A stretch of DNA of 59,919 bases from the UHGV virus genome UHGV-0342645; one strand, given 5' to 3'. Positions 45,267 to 55,392 of the stretch are shown here, piece by piece (the stretch's first letter is position 1; each line of letters opens with the position of its first letter). Source of the stretch: a virus. Made by a program: the position numbers and the translations under genes. Under the pieces are notes generated by a model. It was not told the DNA's origin, did not search any database, and was given only the letters and a program-made list of their open reading frames with translations.

Positions 45267-45500
45267 ATGAAACGTTCTATTGTAATTTTAGCATTAACAT
45301 TTCTGTTAGCTGCTTGCGGTACTGGTCTGGACACAGGAAAGCCTAATTCCGGTGTTATTCCAAAACCTTTAGACCGTGACGGTAACGGTTCTTTAATCTA
45401 TGATACCGAAAAACTTCCAATGACTGGGCAATGGTGTCATGAGATTGATCACGAGTACCGACGAATTGGTAGTCCTTCCAACTGTGTTATAGATTACTAA
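45267..45500 (+). CDS. cor/llp-like lipoprotein (candidate superinfection-exclusion protein)
   Basis: AAGGAG RBS; MKRSIVILALTFLLAACGTG is a signal peptide with lipobox LAAC; 77 aa; plus strand between minus-strand fibre and tail-tip genes. Confidence 0.55.
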   Translation: MKRSIVILALTFLLAACGTGLDTGKPNSGVIPKPLDRDGNGSLIYDTEKLPMTGQWCHEIDHEYRRIGSPSNCVIDY

Positions 45501-45506
45501 AAATTA

Positions 45507-45530
45507 CCCCGCATTAGCGGGGTTTTGTTT
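45507..45530 (+). terminator. rho-independent terminator of the lipoprotein moron
   Basis: CCCCGC-ATTA-GCGGGG followed by TTTTGTTT. Confidence 0.6.
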
Positions 45531-48492
45531 AACCAGTGAATGAACCGGATCCGTGCGAAACAATAATAGTAGGCGAGGCTATATACGCCCCTCTATTGTT
45601 CTGAGCGGAAATTGTAATTCTTACCGTAACGTTTGGACCAGTTACAACAGCAGAATGCATAATAAGTCGTTCTATATCCTGTACTCTGGAAGAGCCCTCA
45701 GATCCGTTAATATTTATCGTACCTGCACCATTCCCACTCACGTTTGCTATAACACAGACGTGTCTTGCGTGACCTGAGGAGGATGAATCTGTGTATGTCA
45801 TTACCTTTTCCAGTACACCGTTATTCGTTCGACTTACATTCGTCCCAGTATGCATGTTTGCAATATCGCCAATAAAGCTTTGAGCTTCAACAGTTCCGGT
45901 AAACTTACCATTAGTTGCATACACGGTCCCTCTAAACTCACCGTTGGTTGCGTAAATAGTCCCTCTTGCAATTATGTTGTTAACGTGGAAATAACCGTCT
46001 TTAGTAATTGCCCAACCTTGATCGTCACCGTTCCAGTTATAGGATTGAATAATATTACCAATTTTTGCGTTATTGATAGAACCGTCTTCAATGAAGCCTT
46101 CACGAATAAAGGTTTGACCGTTCTTAATAACAAACGCTAAGCTTGCAGCCCCCGCTACCGGATTATAAACAGCAAAGTTGTCCGCACTTACCATCCAGTA
46201 TGATTGATATTGCCCACCCTGCCCTTCCACGCCCATCTGCATACCAGCAACGTATTTATTTCCGTTGTTGTCAATCTGAACCTTCTGCCCCCATTGTGCG
46301 GATAATTTACCGTTTAAATCAGCAAACGCGGAAGCTTGTTGTTGTACAGTAGCGCTAACATTGCCCACACTGCTCTGGACTGAGTTGATCTGCTCCGTAT
46401 ATTTAGTGTCATTTTCCTCTATAGTTGTTTGAAGGGATGTCACACCATCTTCAACTTCTTTAACCGTTGCAACAAGATTTTTATATGATTCAGTTTGCGA
46501 TAACGTGTCTTCTACAAAGTCAATCAGCTGTCCAGTTTCTGCATGAACTACAGCCGCAACTTCCACGAATGCGGACGAACCAAATGCGTTTATCGAACGG
46601 ACGTACCAGTAATAAGTGTGGTCATTCTTAAGGTTTTGGTCGGTCCATGTTGTACCCATCCCTTTTCTTGTTGCTTGCGCTTCAACAATTTCGGTTGCAT
46701 AAGATGGTAATTTTGTTTCACCGGATGTCCAGAAATCAAATTGCGTACTAACGCTAGTCAAATCTTTAATACGCGGAATTAACGTTATAGCAAAATACCC
46801 ATTTTGGACTTCTACATTGGACGGAGGTGGCGGTGCCTGAATGTTAAATTCCAAATAGGCTTCAGGCGACACAGCACCATTATAGCCAACAGCTTGCACA
46901 TGAGCGGTATAACCGCCGCGCAATAGCCCAGTTACACGCACGTTCTGCCCAGGAACCTGTGCGGTCCATATCGTTTGCCCGTTCTGCTTAATTGCAACAC
47001 GGTTATATGAAAAAGATCCTATATTGCTCCACGTTAATACACCTTGTACAACGTCGCTAATCTGCAACACCTGATACTGCAAATTCTGAGGTTGGGGGAT
47101 TCCACCAGTAGGAAGATCGACAAGATCCGGACGCTCTATTGGTTTACCGATAGCATCATCCCACATCTCAAGGAAGTCCTGACGTAATGTAAGGTTAACA
47201 CCTCCTTTAGGATCAAAAGACCATTTAGTTACACGCATTTCAACATCGCGCATACCAATCTGTGGGATTGATACTTTTAAGTACATGCCTGGGCGGAATT
47301 TATACCCCTTCATATTACAAGGAATTTCAAGCGTTCTGCCTACACGTTTACGACGTAAAATAATATTTGCAAGACGCTGGGCTTGGTATGGACTTACAAC
47401 GAAGCGGTATTCCATATCCTGCGTGATTTCCCCTCCATCTTTCTCCACCCATTCCTTAACCACAACTGAGGGGAAGTCTGCTTCTGTATAGTTTTGTTCC
47501 GGATCGATGAATGTACCTGTGATGGTGTTAGTACGGTCTTTATATGATGTCTCCGGTACTATTTTAATATCACCAGCAATACAACTTTCGTCCAACGTCA
47601 TTGTTGCAGGGCCGTAATAAGCGCCAACAAGCAAGCCGTGTTTACCCCCAATATATGTTAGTTCACCGCCGCAAGCTTCCAGCATTGCATCGAGTATTTT
47701 GGACGGGGCCTCTTCAACCTCAAACTCGCCATTAATGCGATAGCGGCGTTCAGATGTACCATCTGCGTTATTTATGATTTCATCACAAATATTGGCAGCT
47801 TCAATAAACTGATCCCAGTTTATGCTGGAGTCTTTACGATTTAAGTACACACGAAAATAATCCAATATCACTAACGCAGCGTTATCGCTAAAGACTTCTG
47901 TCCCTGAACGCGGGTCGTACACCCTTCTACCTTTCTTTAAAACTTTAACGTTAGGTAAACCAGAAGGGAACTTTTCAGCATCAAACTTATAGGTCAGTCT
48001 TAGCCATGCTAAACCTTTACCAATCATGTCCTCCTTCCACGAAGGACAATTATTCAACATATAGGGGTCAACTGTTTGACGGTCGTTATGAAACTCCCAC
48101 GATACCAAATCCCCAAAAGTTTCAATAGCATCGTCGCCAAGCCATATTGGTCCTATCCCTTCTAGCCTATGGGATGCAAGGACAAGCACCATATTTAGAA
48201 TTTCTTTATCATCCTGATCACCAGCTTGTTCCTCTGCAAAGGATAATAGACCGGATGAAACAGTTGTACCGTAGACAACAACTCTTGAAGAGGCAGCGGA
48301 CCGCAAAACTTGTTTACGTTCTTGCTGACCTTTAAAGGCGTTGAAATCAAATTTAGGCGTTTTGGTAAGCAAAGCACCCGCTGCGGTTGCAGCCATGCCT
48401 ATCACTAAAGCGGTTGTAACGGAAATAATACTAGCAGCCGCGGCAGCGGACGCGCCTAGTGCAATTGCTGCTCCAATTATTGCTGGTGGCAT
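45529..48492 (-). CDS. tail tip / host-specificity protein (J-like central fibre)
   Basis: 987-aa ORF directly after the K/L-like minor tail genes; size and order as in the lambda tail module. Confidence 0.6.
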   Translation of the reverse strand: MPPAIIGAAIALGASAAAAASIISVTTALVIGMAATAAGALLTKTPKFDFNAFKGQQERKQVLRSAASSRVVVYGTTVSSGLLSFAEEQAGDQDDKEILNMVLVLASHRLEGIGPIWLGDDAIETFGDLVSWEFHNDRQTVDPYMLNNCPSWKEDMIGKGLAWLRLTYKFDAEKFPSGLPNVKVLKKGRRVYDPRSGTEVFSDNAALVILDYFRVYLNRKDSSINWDQFIEAANICDEIINNADGTSERRYRINGEFEVEEAPSKILDAMLEACGGELTYIGGKHGLLVGAYYGPATMTLDESCIAGDIKIVPETSYKDRTNTITGTFIDPEQNYTEADFPSVVVKEWVEKDGGEITQDMEYRFVVSPYQAQRLANIILRRKRVGRTLEIPCNMKGYKFRPGMYLKVSIPQIGMRDVEMRVTKWSFDPKGGVNLTLRQDFLEMWDDAIGKPIERPDLVDLPTGGIPQPQNLQYQVLQISDVVQGVLTWSNIGSFSYNRVAIKQNGQTIWTAQVPGQNVRVTGLLRGGYTAHVQAVGYNGAVSPEAYLEFNIQAPPPPSNVEVQNGYFAITLIPRIKDLTSVSTQFDFWTSGETKLPSYATEIVEAQATRKGMGTTWTDQNLKNDHTYYWYVRSINAFGSSAFVEVAAVVHAETGQLIDFVEDTLSQTESYKNLVATVKEVEDGVTSLQTTIEENDTKYTEQINSVQSSVGNVSATVQQQASAFADLNGKLSAQWGQKVQIDNNGNKYVAGMQMGVEGQGGQYQSYWMVSADNFAVYNPVAGAASLAFVIKNGQTFIREGFIEDGSINNAKIGNIIQSYNWNGDDQGWAITKDGYFHVNNIIARGTIYATNGEFRGTVYATNGKFTGTVEAQSFIGDIANMHTGTNVSRTNNGVLEKVMTYTDSSSSGHARHVCVIANVSGNGAGTININGSEGSSRVQDIERLIMHSAVVTGPNVTVRITISAQNNRGAYIASPTIIVSHGSGSFTG

Positions 48493-48909
48493 TTACATCC
48501 TCCAAATGTCGGTAATTTCAATCTTACTTAATGGAAAAGTTTCAACACCGTTTGGACCCATAGCCCAAACAACACCCGACCATAATACGCCAGCGGTTAA
48601 ACCTAAGTCACCATTAAATGTAACCACATCTCCGCGCTGCGCATATTTCTTATCGACACGCTGCGTGATGTATACATCCAACATTGTAGGCAAATACGTG
48701 CTCTTGGCTTTTTCCAGCATAAATCTCTTGCTTCCAAGCTCTGTGCTGTACTGACCAATTATCCCGTCTGCAATACTAGTCCCGTATTGTGCGTCTAAAC
48801 ATTTAGCGACAAATATACAGCAATCATTTTGCCCCCAAACAAAAGGGACTTCCTTTAGCTCGTTTACTGTGGTTAATAGGCGTGTCTGCCACCCTGCGGT
48901 TTTATTCAT
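48493..48909 (-). CDS. minor tail protein (K-like, NlpC/P60-like Cys)
   Basis: Internal start MNKTAGW overlapping the upstream stop; WGQNDCCIF...motif; position before the J-like gene. Confidence 0.4.
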   Translation of the reverse strand: MNKTAGWQTRLLTTVNELKEVPFVWGQNDCCIFVAKCLDAQYGTSIADGIIGQYSTELGSKRFMLEKAKSTYLPTMLDVYITQRVDKKYAQRGDVVTFNGDLGLTAGVLWSGVVWAMGPNGVETFPLSKIEITDIWRM

Positions 48910-49486
48910 AGTAGAATCCCGGCGCATCTTTCTTACTTCCCCAAAAGATTGAACGTTCTGCCATTTGTGCAACATATCTAAAAAAGCGGTCCCCTGGATG
49001 TAACCGCTGTTGACTTTCATCCGTGTAGCGGTCAGGCAATCCCTGCGACCATCTTTCAAATACGTTAGCAACAACATAACTTAATGCGTTCTGTTGACCC
49101 GCTTGCATTGCAGTATCTGTAATAAAACCTTCAAAGAGAACGTTAGCACCAGTTACAACACCTTGACTATTTAATACCGCAATGTAGCATATAACTGTAC
49201 ATCCGATTACTTCTTCGTTCAACGTCTCACCAACAAGACTCATATCAAGTCCGTTAAGTGTCATAGACATGGTACTTGAACTTGTGCTGTTTTCTTCAGT
49301 AACCGAGCCAACGTCCCCTAACGTTCCAACTCCAAGAAACGTTTGACCGTCAATAACAACAACTCCGGTCCCTGTATGGACTCTAGTTATACCAGAAGGG
49401 AAATGTATTTCCGCAGCAAGGACAAGCTTAACATCCGGTTGATCCATGGCAGTTAAAACACTATTGCTAAAAGGGCTGAACAGCAT
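48902..49486 (-). CDS. minor tail protein (L-like)
   Basis: 194-aa ORF in the TMP to J interval; TAATG overlap with the upstream gene. Confidence 0.45.
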   Translation of the reverse strand: MLFSPFSNSVLTAMDQPDVKLVLAAEIHFPSGITRVHTGTGVVVIDGQTFLGVGTLGDVGSVTEENSTSSSTMSMTLNGLDMSLVGETLNEEVIGCTVICYIAVLNSQGVVTGANVLFEGFITDTAMQAGQQNALSYVVANVFERWSQGLPDRYTDESQQRLHPGDRFFRYVAQMAERSIFWGSKKDAPGFYYE

Positions 49487-50070
49487 TAGAAAGCCTCCGA
49501 AAACTTTAAAGTAAATGAGTTGTTGAAAGCTGGTTGACGTTTGACGCCGTTGGTATTGTCGGATAAGCGAAAGGCGCCTTGTGGTTTCTGCGTTTCAACT
49601 TTAGCACCATTGGGGGGAATAGTTCTCAGCATTGGCGCAATATTTAAGATAACGTTACCAGCACCATCGCTCCATGCGTCCTCAGTGACCATCTTTAACT
49701 CACCGTTCACGGTAATATAGTCCCCTTCCCATAAGACTTTTCTGTTAGGTGTCCAACCTTTAGTCGCCAATGTAGTTCCTGTGTTGCTTGCACCATTAAC
49801 CACAGGTGTTCCCATAGGAGGTCTGCCCCAACGTCCAAAATCTTGAAGCATAATACGACCAGATTTACCATCCAGCTTAACTAGAGTGGATTCTAATTTT
49901 CTAGATTGCCAATCGTTTAAATTGTTAAAAGATAAAGTTGCCTCCCATCTAGACCCAGGATAGGAGACAGTTTGTGTAGCCCCATTGAAGGGGCTAGTGA
50001 ATTCCACGGAGTTAGATACCAGATACCACTCCATCGAAGATGGTCTAAGTTCCTCAGGCCAGTCAAGCAT
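49486..50070 (-). CDS. minor tail protein (M-like)
   Basis: 194-aa ORF immediately downstream of the tape measure gene. Confidence 0.45.
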   Translation of the reverse strand: MLDWPEELRPSSMEWYLVSNSVEFTSPFNGATQTVSYPGSRWEATLSFNNLNDWQSRKLESTLVKLDGKSGRIMLQDFGRWGRPPMGTPVVNGASNTGTTLATKGWTPNRKVLWEGDYITVNGELKMVTEDAWSDGAGNVILNIAPMLRTIPPNGAKVETQKPQGAFRLSDNTNGVKRQPAFNNSFTLKFSEAF

Positions 50071-50073
50071 ATG

Positions 50074-53000
50074 TTACCCCATTGCAGTTCTACGAATTGT
50101 TCCTCGGGAAGCAAAGTCTGCAAGAACCTTGTTATATCCCTGCTCTGCACCATCACGAGCGGCTTGCTGCATTGCTTGCTTGAGCGCTGCATCGCCGTTC
50201 CCTTGTACAGTAATATTCTGAATAATGGTAACACCGCCTGACATATTCACGCCACCTTGTTGCGAAGCTTGGCTATCCAGGAAGCGATTTAACTTGTCAT
50301 TAGACGGAGCATTAAGCACACGTTCACCTTTATCCAATAACCATGTACCTTCGCGCGGAACATTATCAATACCGTCATGTGCCATACCAGCGATTGCTAA
50401 GCCACCCACGGTAGCGGCTGACGCATAACCCATAGCTTTCACTATACCCGCCATAGCTGCGCCCATTGTAGCACCGCCTTGCTGTGTACCCCACGCAAGC
50501 GCTGCTGATGCCGCTGTCTCCGTGTTAGCAAGGATTGATGGGATCTGCATTGCTTTCTGTGCTGCAAACATTGCCTTATAAATAAAGTTCTGTTTACTAA
50601 CACCTTCTTCCAGCCCTGACAAGATAATACCCAATGATTCCTGAGAAAAGGATATCATTCGGTTCATAAGAACTTTATCCAGGTTTTCCCTTTCCATGCT
50701 TGCTTTCTTCAGAACTTGAGTTTTGGCATCCTCATAAAGTTGATAATAAGCTAGGTCATCCGCTCGCTGTTTTGCATTAAGCTCTGTAATCTTTGTATTT
50801 TGCTCGTACGCGATTTTTTCATAGTCTGTCATACCTTCATCTAACAGACCCTCAGCAAACTTACGATTCTTCTTACGCTCGTCCAGTTTCTTTTGAGCTT
50901 CTTCTGCATCGTAAATTGCAGCAGCAAGACTAACGACTTCTGCTTTTTCCGCAGCAGTTGCAGACGCATTGAGCTTATTGAGGGCGGCAGCTTGGGCTTT
51001 CGCTTTGGCGTTTTCCTTAACCCCTGTGGTTACTTCGTTAAGCTTGTTTCGTAAATTGTCAATAACCTTAGCGTTTTGTTGATCCGCCCTAATAGCGTCT
51101 TTTGTAGCTTTGGTTCGGTTTCTCTCCGCTTCCTCAAGATCGTAGTTCTTGCCAAGAGCTTGGGCTAAATCTTGAGCATATTTAACAAGCTCTTTAGCGG
51201 ATTCGCTTGTTGCCTCTGAGCTAACGTCCTGACCCATAGCTACTTTGCGAATTAGACTTCCGTAGGTGTCCGCATCCTTACCTAAAGTTTGATACAACCC
51301 TTTAAGTATTTCAGCTTGACGCGCATTACCCGCACCTTTAACAGTATTAACATCAATTTCACGGTTAACGTCACCTAACTGGCCTTTAAAACGATCAAGG
51401 ACATTTTTGTCAATAATTGGTCCGGTGTTAACGTTAAGCACAGCCTTCATATCGGCAGCAAGCTGACGAGCTAACGGAATTATCTTCTCGATAGCGGGGC
51501 TTGTCATTTCCAATACGTTATTGTAACGACGTTGCGCTTCTTCCGCACGCTCAGCAGCAAGCTTGACATTATCCGTAGCAATTTGTAAGTTCTTCTCAGC
51601 ACTAGCAGTATCTCGACCGGATGCAGCTCGACGCTTCAATTGTGCTTCATAGAACTTCTGCGTTTCCGTTGCAGATTTAAGAGCGGTTTGCTCGCGCTTC
51701 ATTTGCTCTTCAAGTTCCGGAAGTATTGCTCTAGCTTTAACAGCATTAGCCGCAAGCTGAGCTTCCGTCATTTGCATCAATTTATCGCGTACTGTGTCAA
51801 CGCTATCTGCAAATTGATTATTTTCAGCACGACCCGCTTCCAGCGACGCTTTATAAGAGTAAATTGCACCCGCTGCCAGCATTGCTACACCAACAGGACC
51901 GCCAATTAACCCCATAGCACCGCGCAGCACGCTCATTGCTGTAGCTGCTCGGCTTGCGGCTGGTACAGTTGCGTTAAGCGCAGCATTGAGCGCTTGCCGC
52001 GCTTGCACGTCCGCCACAATTGCCGCAGAATGCGCACGGGTAGCATTGATAAGCGCAAGACGAGCACCTGCTTCCGCTGCCGTACCCTTAGCAACCGCTA
52101 AGGACCCTCGAGCAACCTGTAACGCTGCAAGCGAAGCCGCACGATCCGCAGCCGCTTTCTGTGCGGTAACGCCAATAGAGCTTCGCATCACCGCCGTAGT
52201 TGCCGCAGTTTGTGCAGCCTCCATCTGAGATGCTTTTGCAGCAGCTATAGACGCTTTAGTCTTAGCAAGCATTGCCGTAATGATACGGGCGGTGATTACT
52301 GTGGCTAAAGCTGAACTAACCGTTACAACCGTTCCTAAGTTTTCGGATAATGCAACAAACGTCTGCCCCAATGCAGCGACCGCACCTTGAGTCTTTTGGG
52401 ATTCGCCCATAAACTTAGTCAGGTTGTTTGTTGCGATCGTCCATTGCTGTTTGAACGTTGGCATAGTGCGGCTAAATTCTTTATCAATTGTATCCGCAGC
52501 AGCAGACAACGATTTGATAACCACATCGGCTGTTAACTTGCCGCTGTACGCCAGCTCACGCAATTGTCCAATGGTAACGCCTAAAGAATCGGACATGATT
52601 TGAGTTAAGCGCGGAGCTTGTTCTGCAACAGAGCGGAATTCATCCCCGCGCAAAACACCGGATGCCATCGCTTGCGAAAACTGAATAAGAGCAGCACTTG
52701 CTTCGTTGGACGTTGCACCAGAAACGATCATTGCTTTGTTAATTGTTTCCGTGATGCGCCCGAGCTCCATAGCTGTCATACCAGTATTCTTCATTACACG
52801 CTGGAGGCGGGAGTACAGAGTTGCAGTCGCTTCTAAGCTTGTACGTGACCGCTGGGCAATATCAAACACGCGTTGCTGCGCATCCGCAACGGTTTCATTA
52901 CCCGTACGAGCCAGTTCAAGTTTGTTGGTGAGGATAGTCCAGGAGTCCGATAGCGAAATAACACGGTTAATGGTGTCGACGCTAATCATTCCTACAATTG

Positions 53001-53190
53001 CAGCATCTAAACGACTTGTGACAGTTGCAAGTTCGTTAGATGTGTTAGACAATGTTTTATAGCTGGAGGTAACACGTTGAGCAGACCGCTCCGCTGTGTC
53101 ACCTGTACGCGCTAAGTTCCGCAACATAGAGTCCGCGGTACTAATCCCTCTCGCGTCAACTCTGATTACTAGCGAAGCGGTTTCGGCCAT
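50074..53190 (-). CDS. tail tape measure protein
   Basis: 1038 aa, Ala-rich coiled-coil, preceded by a frameshifted chaperone pair; AAGGAG RBS. Confidence 0.8.
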   Translation of the reverse strand: MAETASLVIRVDARGISTADSMLRNLARTGDTAERSAQRVTSSYKTLSNTSNELATVTSRLDAAIVGMISVDTINRVISLSDSWTILTNKLELARTGNETVADAQQRVFDIAQRSRTSLEATATLYSRLQRVMKNTGMTAMELGRITETINKAMIVSGATSNEASAALIQFSQAMASGVLRGDEFRSVAEQAPRLTQIMSDSLGVTIGQLRELAYSGKLTADVVIKSLSAAADTIDKEFSRTMPTFKQQWTIATNNLTKFMGESQKTQGAVAALGQTFVALSENLGTVVTVSSALATVITARIITAMLAKTKASIAAAKASQMEAAQTAATTAVMRSSIGVTAQKAAADRAASLAALQVARGSLAVAKGTAAEAGARLALINATRAHSAAIVADVQARQALNAALNATVPAASRAATAMSVLRGAMGLIGGPVGVAMLAAGAIYSYKASLEAGRAENNQFADSVDTVRDKLMQMTEAQLAANAVKARAILPELEEQMKREQTALKSATETQKFYEAQLKRRAASGRDTASAEKNLQIATDNVKLAAERAEEAQRRYNNVLEMTSPAIEKIIPLARQLAADMKAVLNVNTGPIIDKNVLDRFKGQLGDVNREIDVNTVKGAGNARQAEILKGLYQTLGKDADTYGSLIRKVAMGQDVSSEATSESAKELVKYAQDLAQALGKNYDLEEAERNRTKATKDAIRADQQNAKVIDNLRNKLNEVTTGVKENAKAKAQAAALNKLNASATAAEKAEVVSLAAAIYDAEEAQKKLDERKKNRKFAEGLLDEGMTDYEKIAYEQNTKITELNAKQRADDLAYYQLYEDAKTQVLKKASMERENLDKVLMNRMISFSQESLGIILSGLEEGVSKQNFIYKAMFAAQKAMQIPSILANTETAASAALAWGTQQGGATMGAAMAGIVKAMGYASAATVGGLAIAGMAHDGIDNVPREGTWLLDKGERVLNAPSNDKLNRFLDSQASQQGGVNMSGGVTIIQNITVQGNGDAALKQAMQQAARDGAEQGYNKVLADFASRGTIRRTAMG

Positions 53191-53597
53191 TATCTTCTCC
53201 TTTTTCTTCTACCTTTATTTTGATTTTGCATTTGACTTTCCATGAGTTTAGCATTTTGTTCAGCTTCTGACACGCGCTTTTCAAGCCATAGCTGCCGCAG
53301 TATTTCGCATTCGTACGGTTGAAGATGTAAGCCCATTGTCACTTGATAGCTGTGCAATTCTGTATAACTAAAATCTCCTCCAGTGTAGATATCATCAAAT
53401 AAAGTAGATAGATATTCGAAGCAAAGCGGTATTTCCTTTTCCCGATATTCTTTAAGCTTAGGTGGCGTCTTACCAGACTGTTCCTCAACCTTTTGCAGTT
53501 GCGATAATAAAGAAGATCCCCCGCCGGGGACTTTACTATTTAGTTCCCATTGGAGGATCTTCTTATCAATTAACTGTCTGCGCGCTTTTAGAAAAAA
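53190..53597 (-). CDS. -1 frame extension (T-like part) of the tail assembly chaperone
   Basis: Slippery T_TTT_TTC heptamer at 53597..53591 just before the chaperone stop; the -1 frame stays open for about 133 codons and ends at TAA overlapping the tape-measure ATG (TAATG). Confidence 0.6.
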   Translation of the reverse strand, partial: FFLKARRQLIDKKILQWELNSKVPGGGSSLLSQLQKVEEQSGKTPPKLKEYREKEIPLCFEYLSTLFDDIYTGGDFSYTELHSYQVTMGLHLQPYECEILRQLWLEKRVSEAEQNAKLMESQMQNQNKGRRKRRR

Positions 53598-53995
53598 TTA
53601 CTATCTTTAGCGGCAAATACGTTAAGGTCTTCTCGGACAGTTGGGTTCTCCGTTAAGAACTCAAACACGTTGTCAACGGTTGGAGGCTCGTCAAACGTCC
53701 AACCTGCTACAAGATTACACAGTGAACGGGTAAGGATGTCTTCCTTCATAGCATCCGTTACTTCCCCGTCTTTACCCTGCATAAGTGCCAACAGTTGACG
53801 TTGTGCTTTCAATTCTGCGTCACGATACTCTGTGCAGTAACGGCTACGAATGTAGAGTTTTTCGCCAGTGTCGCCTACACCAGGAATAACCACATTCATA
53901 GGCTTAGTGTTTGCCGGATCATTTGCCCGGCTCACAGTTTTAAAATCACGGAAGCTTTTAGCTACTGCAACTTTGGCTTTTTTGGTGTCGGTCAT
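53588..53995 (-). CDS. tail assembly chaperone (G-like)
   Basis: 135-aa acidic ORF between the major tail protein and tape measure, ending in the slippery site. Confidence 0.6.
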   Translation of the reverse strand: MTDTKKAKVAVAKSFRDFKTVSRANDPANTKPMNVVIPGVGDTGEKLYIRSRYCTEYRDAELKAQRQLLALMQGKDGEVTDAMKEDILTRSLCNLVAGWTFDEPPTVDNVFEFLTENPTVREDLNVFAAKDSNFF

Positions 53996-54004
53996 TTCTT
54001 ATCC

Positions 54005-54928
54005 TTATGCTCCCGCTAAAACGCGGGTAATTTTGATAGAACTTGCGCTTGTTGGGTCCAGCAATCCGCGGTAGCCCATATTAAGCATGATATCGCCTTC
54101 ACCGTCAATAGGACGCGGAGCCTCAGTGAATTTCACGCGAGGGATTTCCACAGTGTATTTTTGTTGCGGATTGCTTGGGTCAATCAGATCAAACTTGATT
54201 GAAGTTTCCACTTCATCCAGATACTTCTTACGCAGTTTGTTATCCAGGAAGTAAACGTTAGCTGTACCAGTTACAGCACGGCGACCAGCAGACGGTTCAA
54301 TGGAGAACTTCGAGCCAACAACGAAGCGCGGAGTGATATCGTTTTCAACGGTAAGACCGATTTCCGTAATAACGCTAATTTCCTGACCGCCTTCCAGCAA
54401 GCGACCGGAGAAGCCGTCCATCGGTGAAGAAGTTGTACGAGCTTTGATGGAAGCACCAGCAGGAAGTGATTCAGCAATTTCCATCGAGCGACCAACAATG
54501 CCGAACTCTACTGTGGTCATGTTTTCAGCAGACAATGAGAAAGTCATGCTGTTAACTTCACAACCGCGATAGATTGTGTATTTACCTGATGGCAGATCTG
54601 CGTTATAGTCTACAAAAGTAAATGACTGGCGAACAATACCACCTTTAAGGACGTTGTCCTGCCATTCACCGCGCAGTGCTGCCGCAATGAGGTCGTCAAA
54701 CGTACCGAAGGACATTTCGCCTGTTACCGTACCTTCAACGCTTCGAGCGCCAAGACGGAAGTCTGCGGTTTCTGCGTCATCACGCAGTTCTTCAGACTCC
54801 AGCGTCGCAATGTTAATATCCAGACCGGAACTCGTTACACGAAACGGGGTAAACTTCGCGCTTGCTGGAGTTGTGTTGCTCACATCTTCTTTGACGTAAT
54901 AACACGAATAACGTGAACCTGTAGCCAT
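54005..54928 (-). CDS. major tail protein
   Basis: 307-aa ORF directly upstream of chaperone and tape measure; Thr/Ser-rich. Confidence 0.55.
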   Translation of the reverse strand: MATGSRYSCYYVKEDVSNTTPASAKFTPFRVTSSGLDINIATLESEELRDDAETADFRLGARSVEGTVTGEMSFGTFDDLIAAALRGEWQDNVLKGGIVRQSFTFVDYNADLPSGKYTIYRGCEVNSMTFSLSAENMTTVEFGIVGRSMEIAESLPAGASIKARTTSSPMDGFSGRLLEGGQEISVITEIGLTVENDITPRFVVGSKFSIEPSAGRRAVTGTANVYFLDNKLRKKYLDEVETSIKFDLIDPSNPQQKYTVEIPRVKFTEAPRPIDGEGDIMLNMGYRGLLDPTSASSIKITRVLAGA

Positions 54929-54942
54929 ATTTAGATCCTCTC

Positions 54943-55392
54943 TTACCTCGGCTCACGAGCCGACCAATAGATTGTAATAAAGTTAACGTCCCAGTTGTCT
55001 TCAACCCCGCCTCTGGTAAAATCATTCAGCGAAGTTTGTCCACCCTGCGAAAAGTCTAAGCTGACAATTCGTATCGTGTGGTCATCCGGGCACGGGATAC
55101 GCAAGCCCAGTTTAAACTTTTTCCGAATGGAATCCAAGATTTGATTCTGTTTAGACGTTCCAGTGTTTAACGGACTGTACACTGTAACTTGATAGAATCC
55201 TGGAATTTCATTCAGACCGTTGTCACCTAACGTTGCCGCGTATGTAGATGCAGGTGCATTGATTGCCTTTAACCACATCTGATTCGCTTTAGGTGTAAAC
55301 TTCTTGTTCTTCCACGCTATACCTATATCCGGTCCAACGGCTTCGCGTAGCATCTTATTAAATGCGTCATTGATAAAATCGTATCCCAGCAT
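54943..55392 (-). CDS. tail terminator / tail completion protein (putative)
   Basis: 149-aa ORF directly upstream of the major tail gene; positional call. Confidence 0.4.
   Translation of the reverse strand: MLGYDFINDAFNKMLREAVGPDIGIAWKNKKFTPKANQMWLKAINAPASTYAATLGDNGLNEIPGFYQVTVYSPLNTGTSKQNQILDSIRKKFKLGLRIPCPDDHTIRIVSLDFSQGGQTSLNDFTRGGVEDNWDVNFITIYWSAREPR

Noticed and set aside
48957-48963. Apparent 1-nt frame inconsistency when hand-translating the K-like minor tail gene across a line boundary
   Set aside because: The ORF track gives a continuous ORF whose ends match the sequence coordinates; most likely my own reading error, not a frameshift or pseudogene
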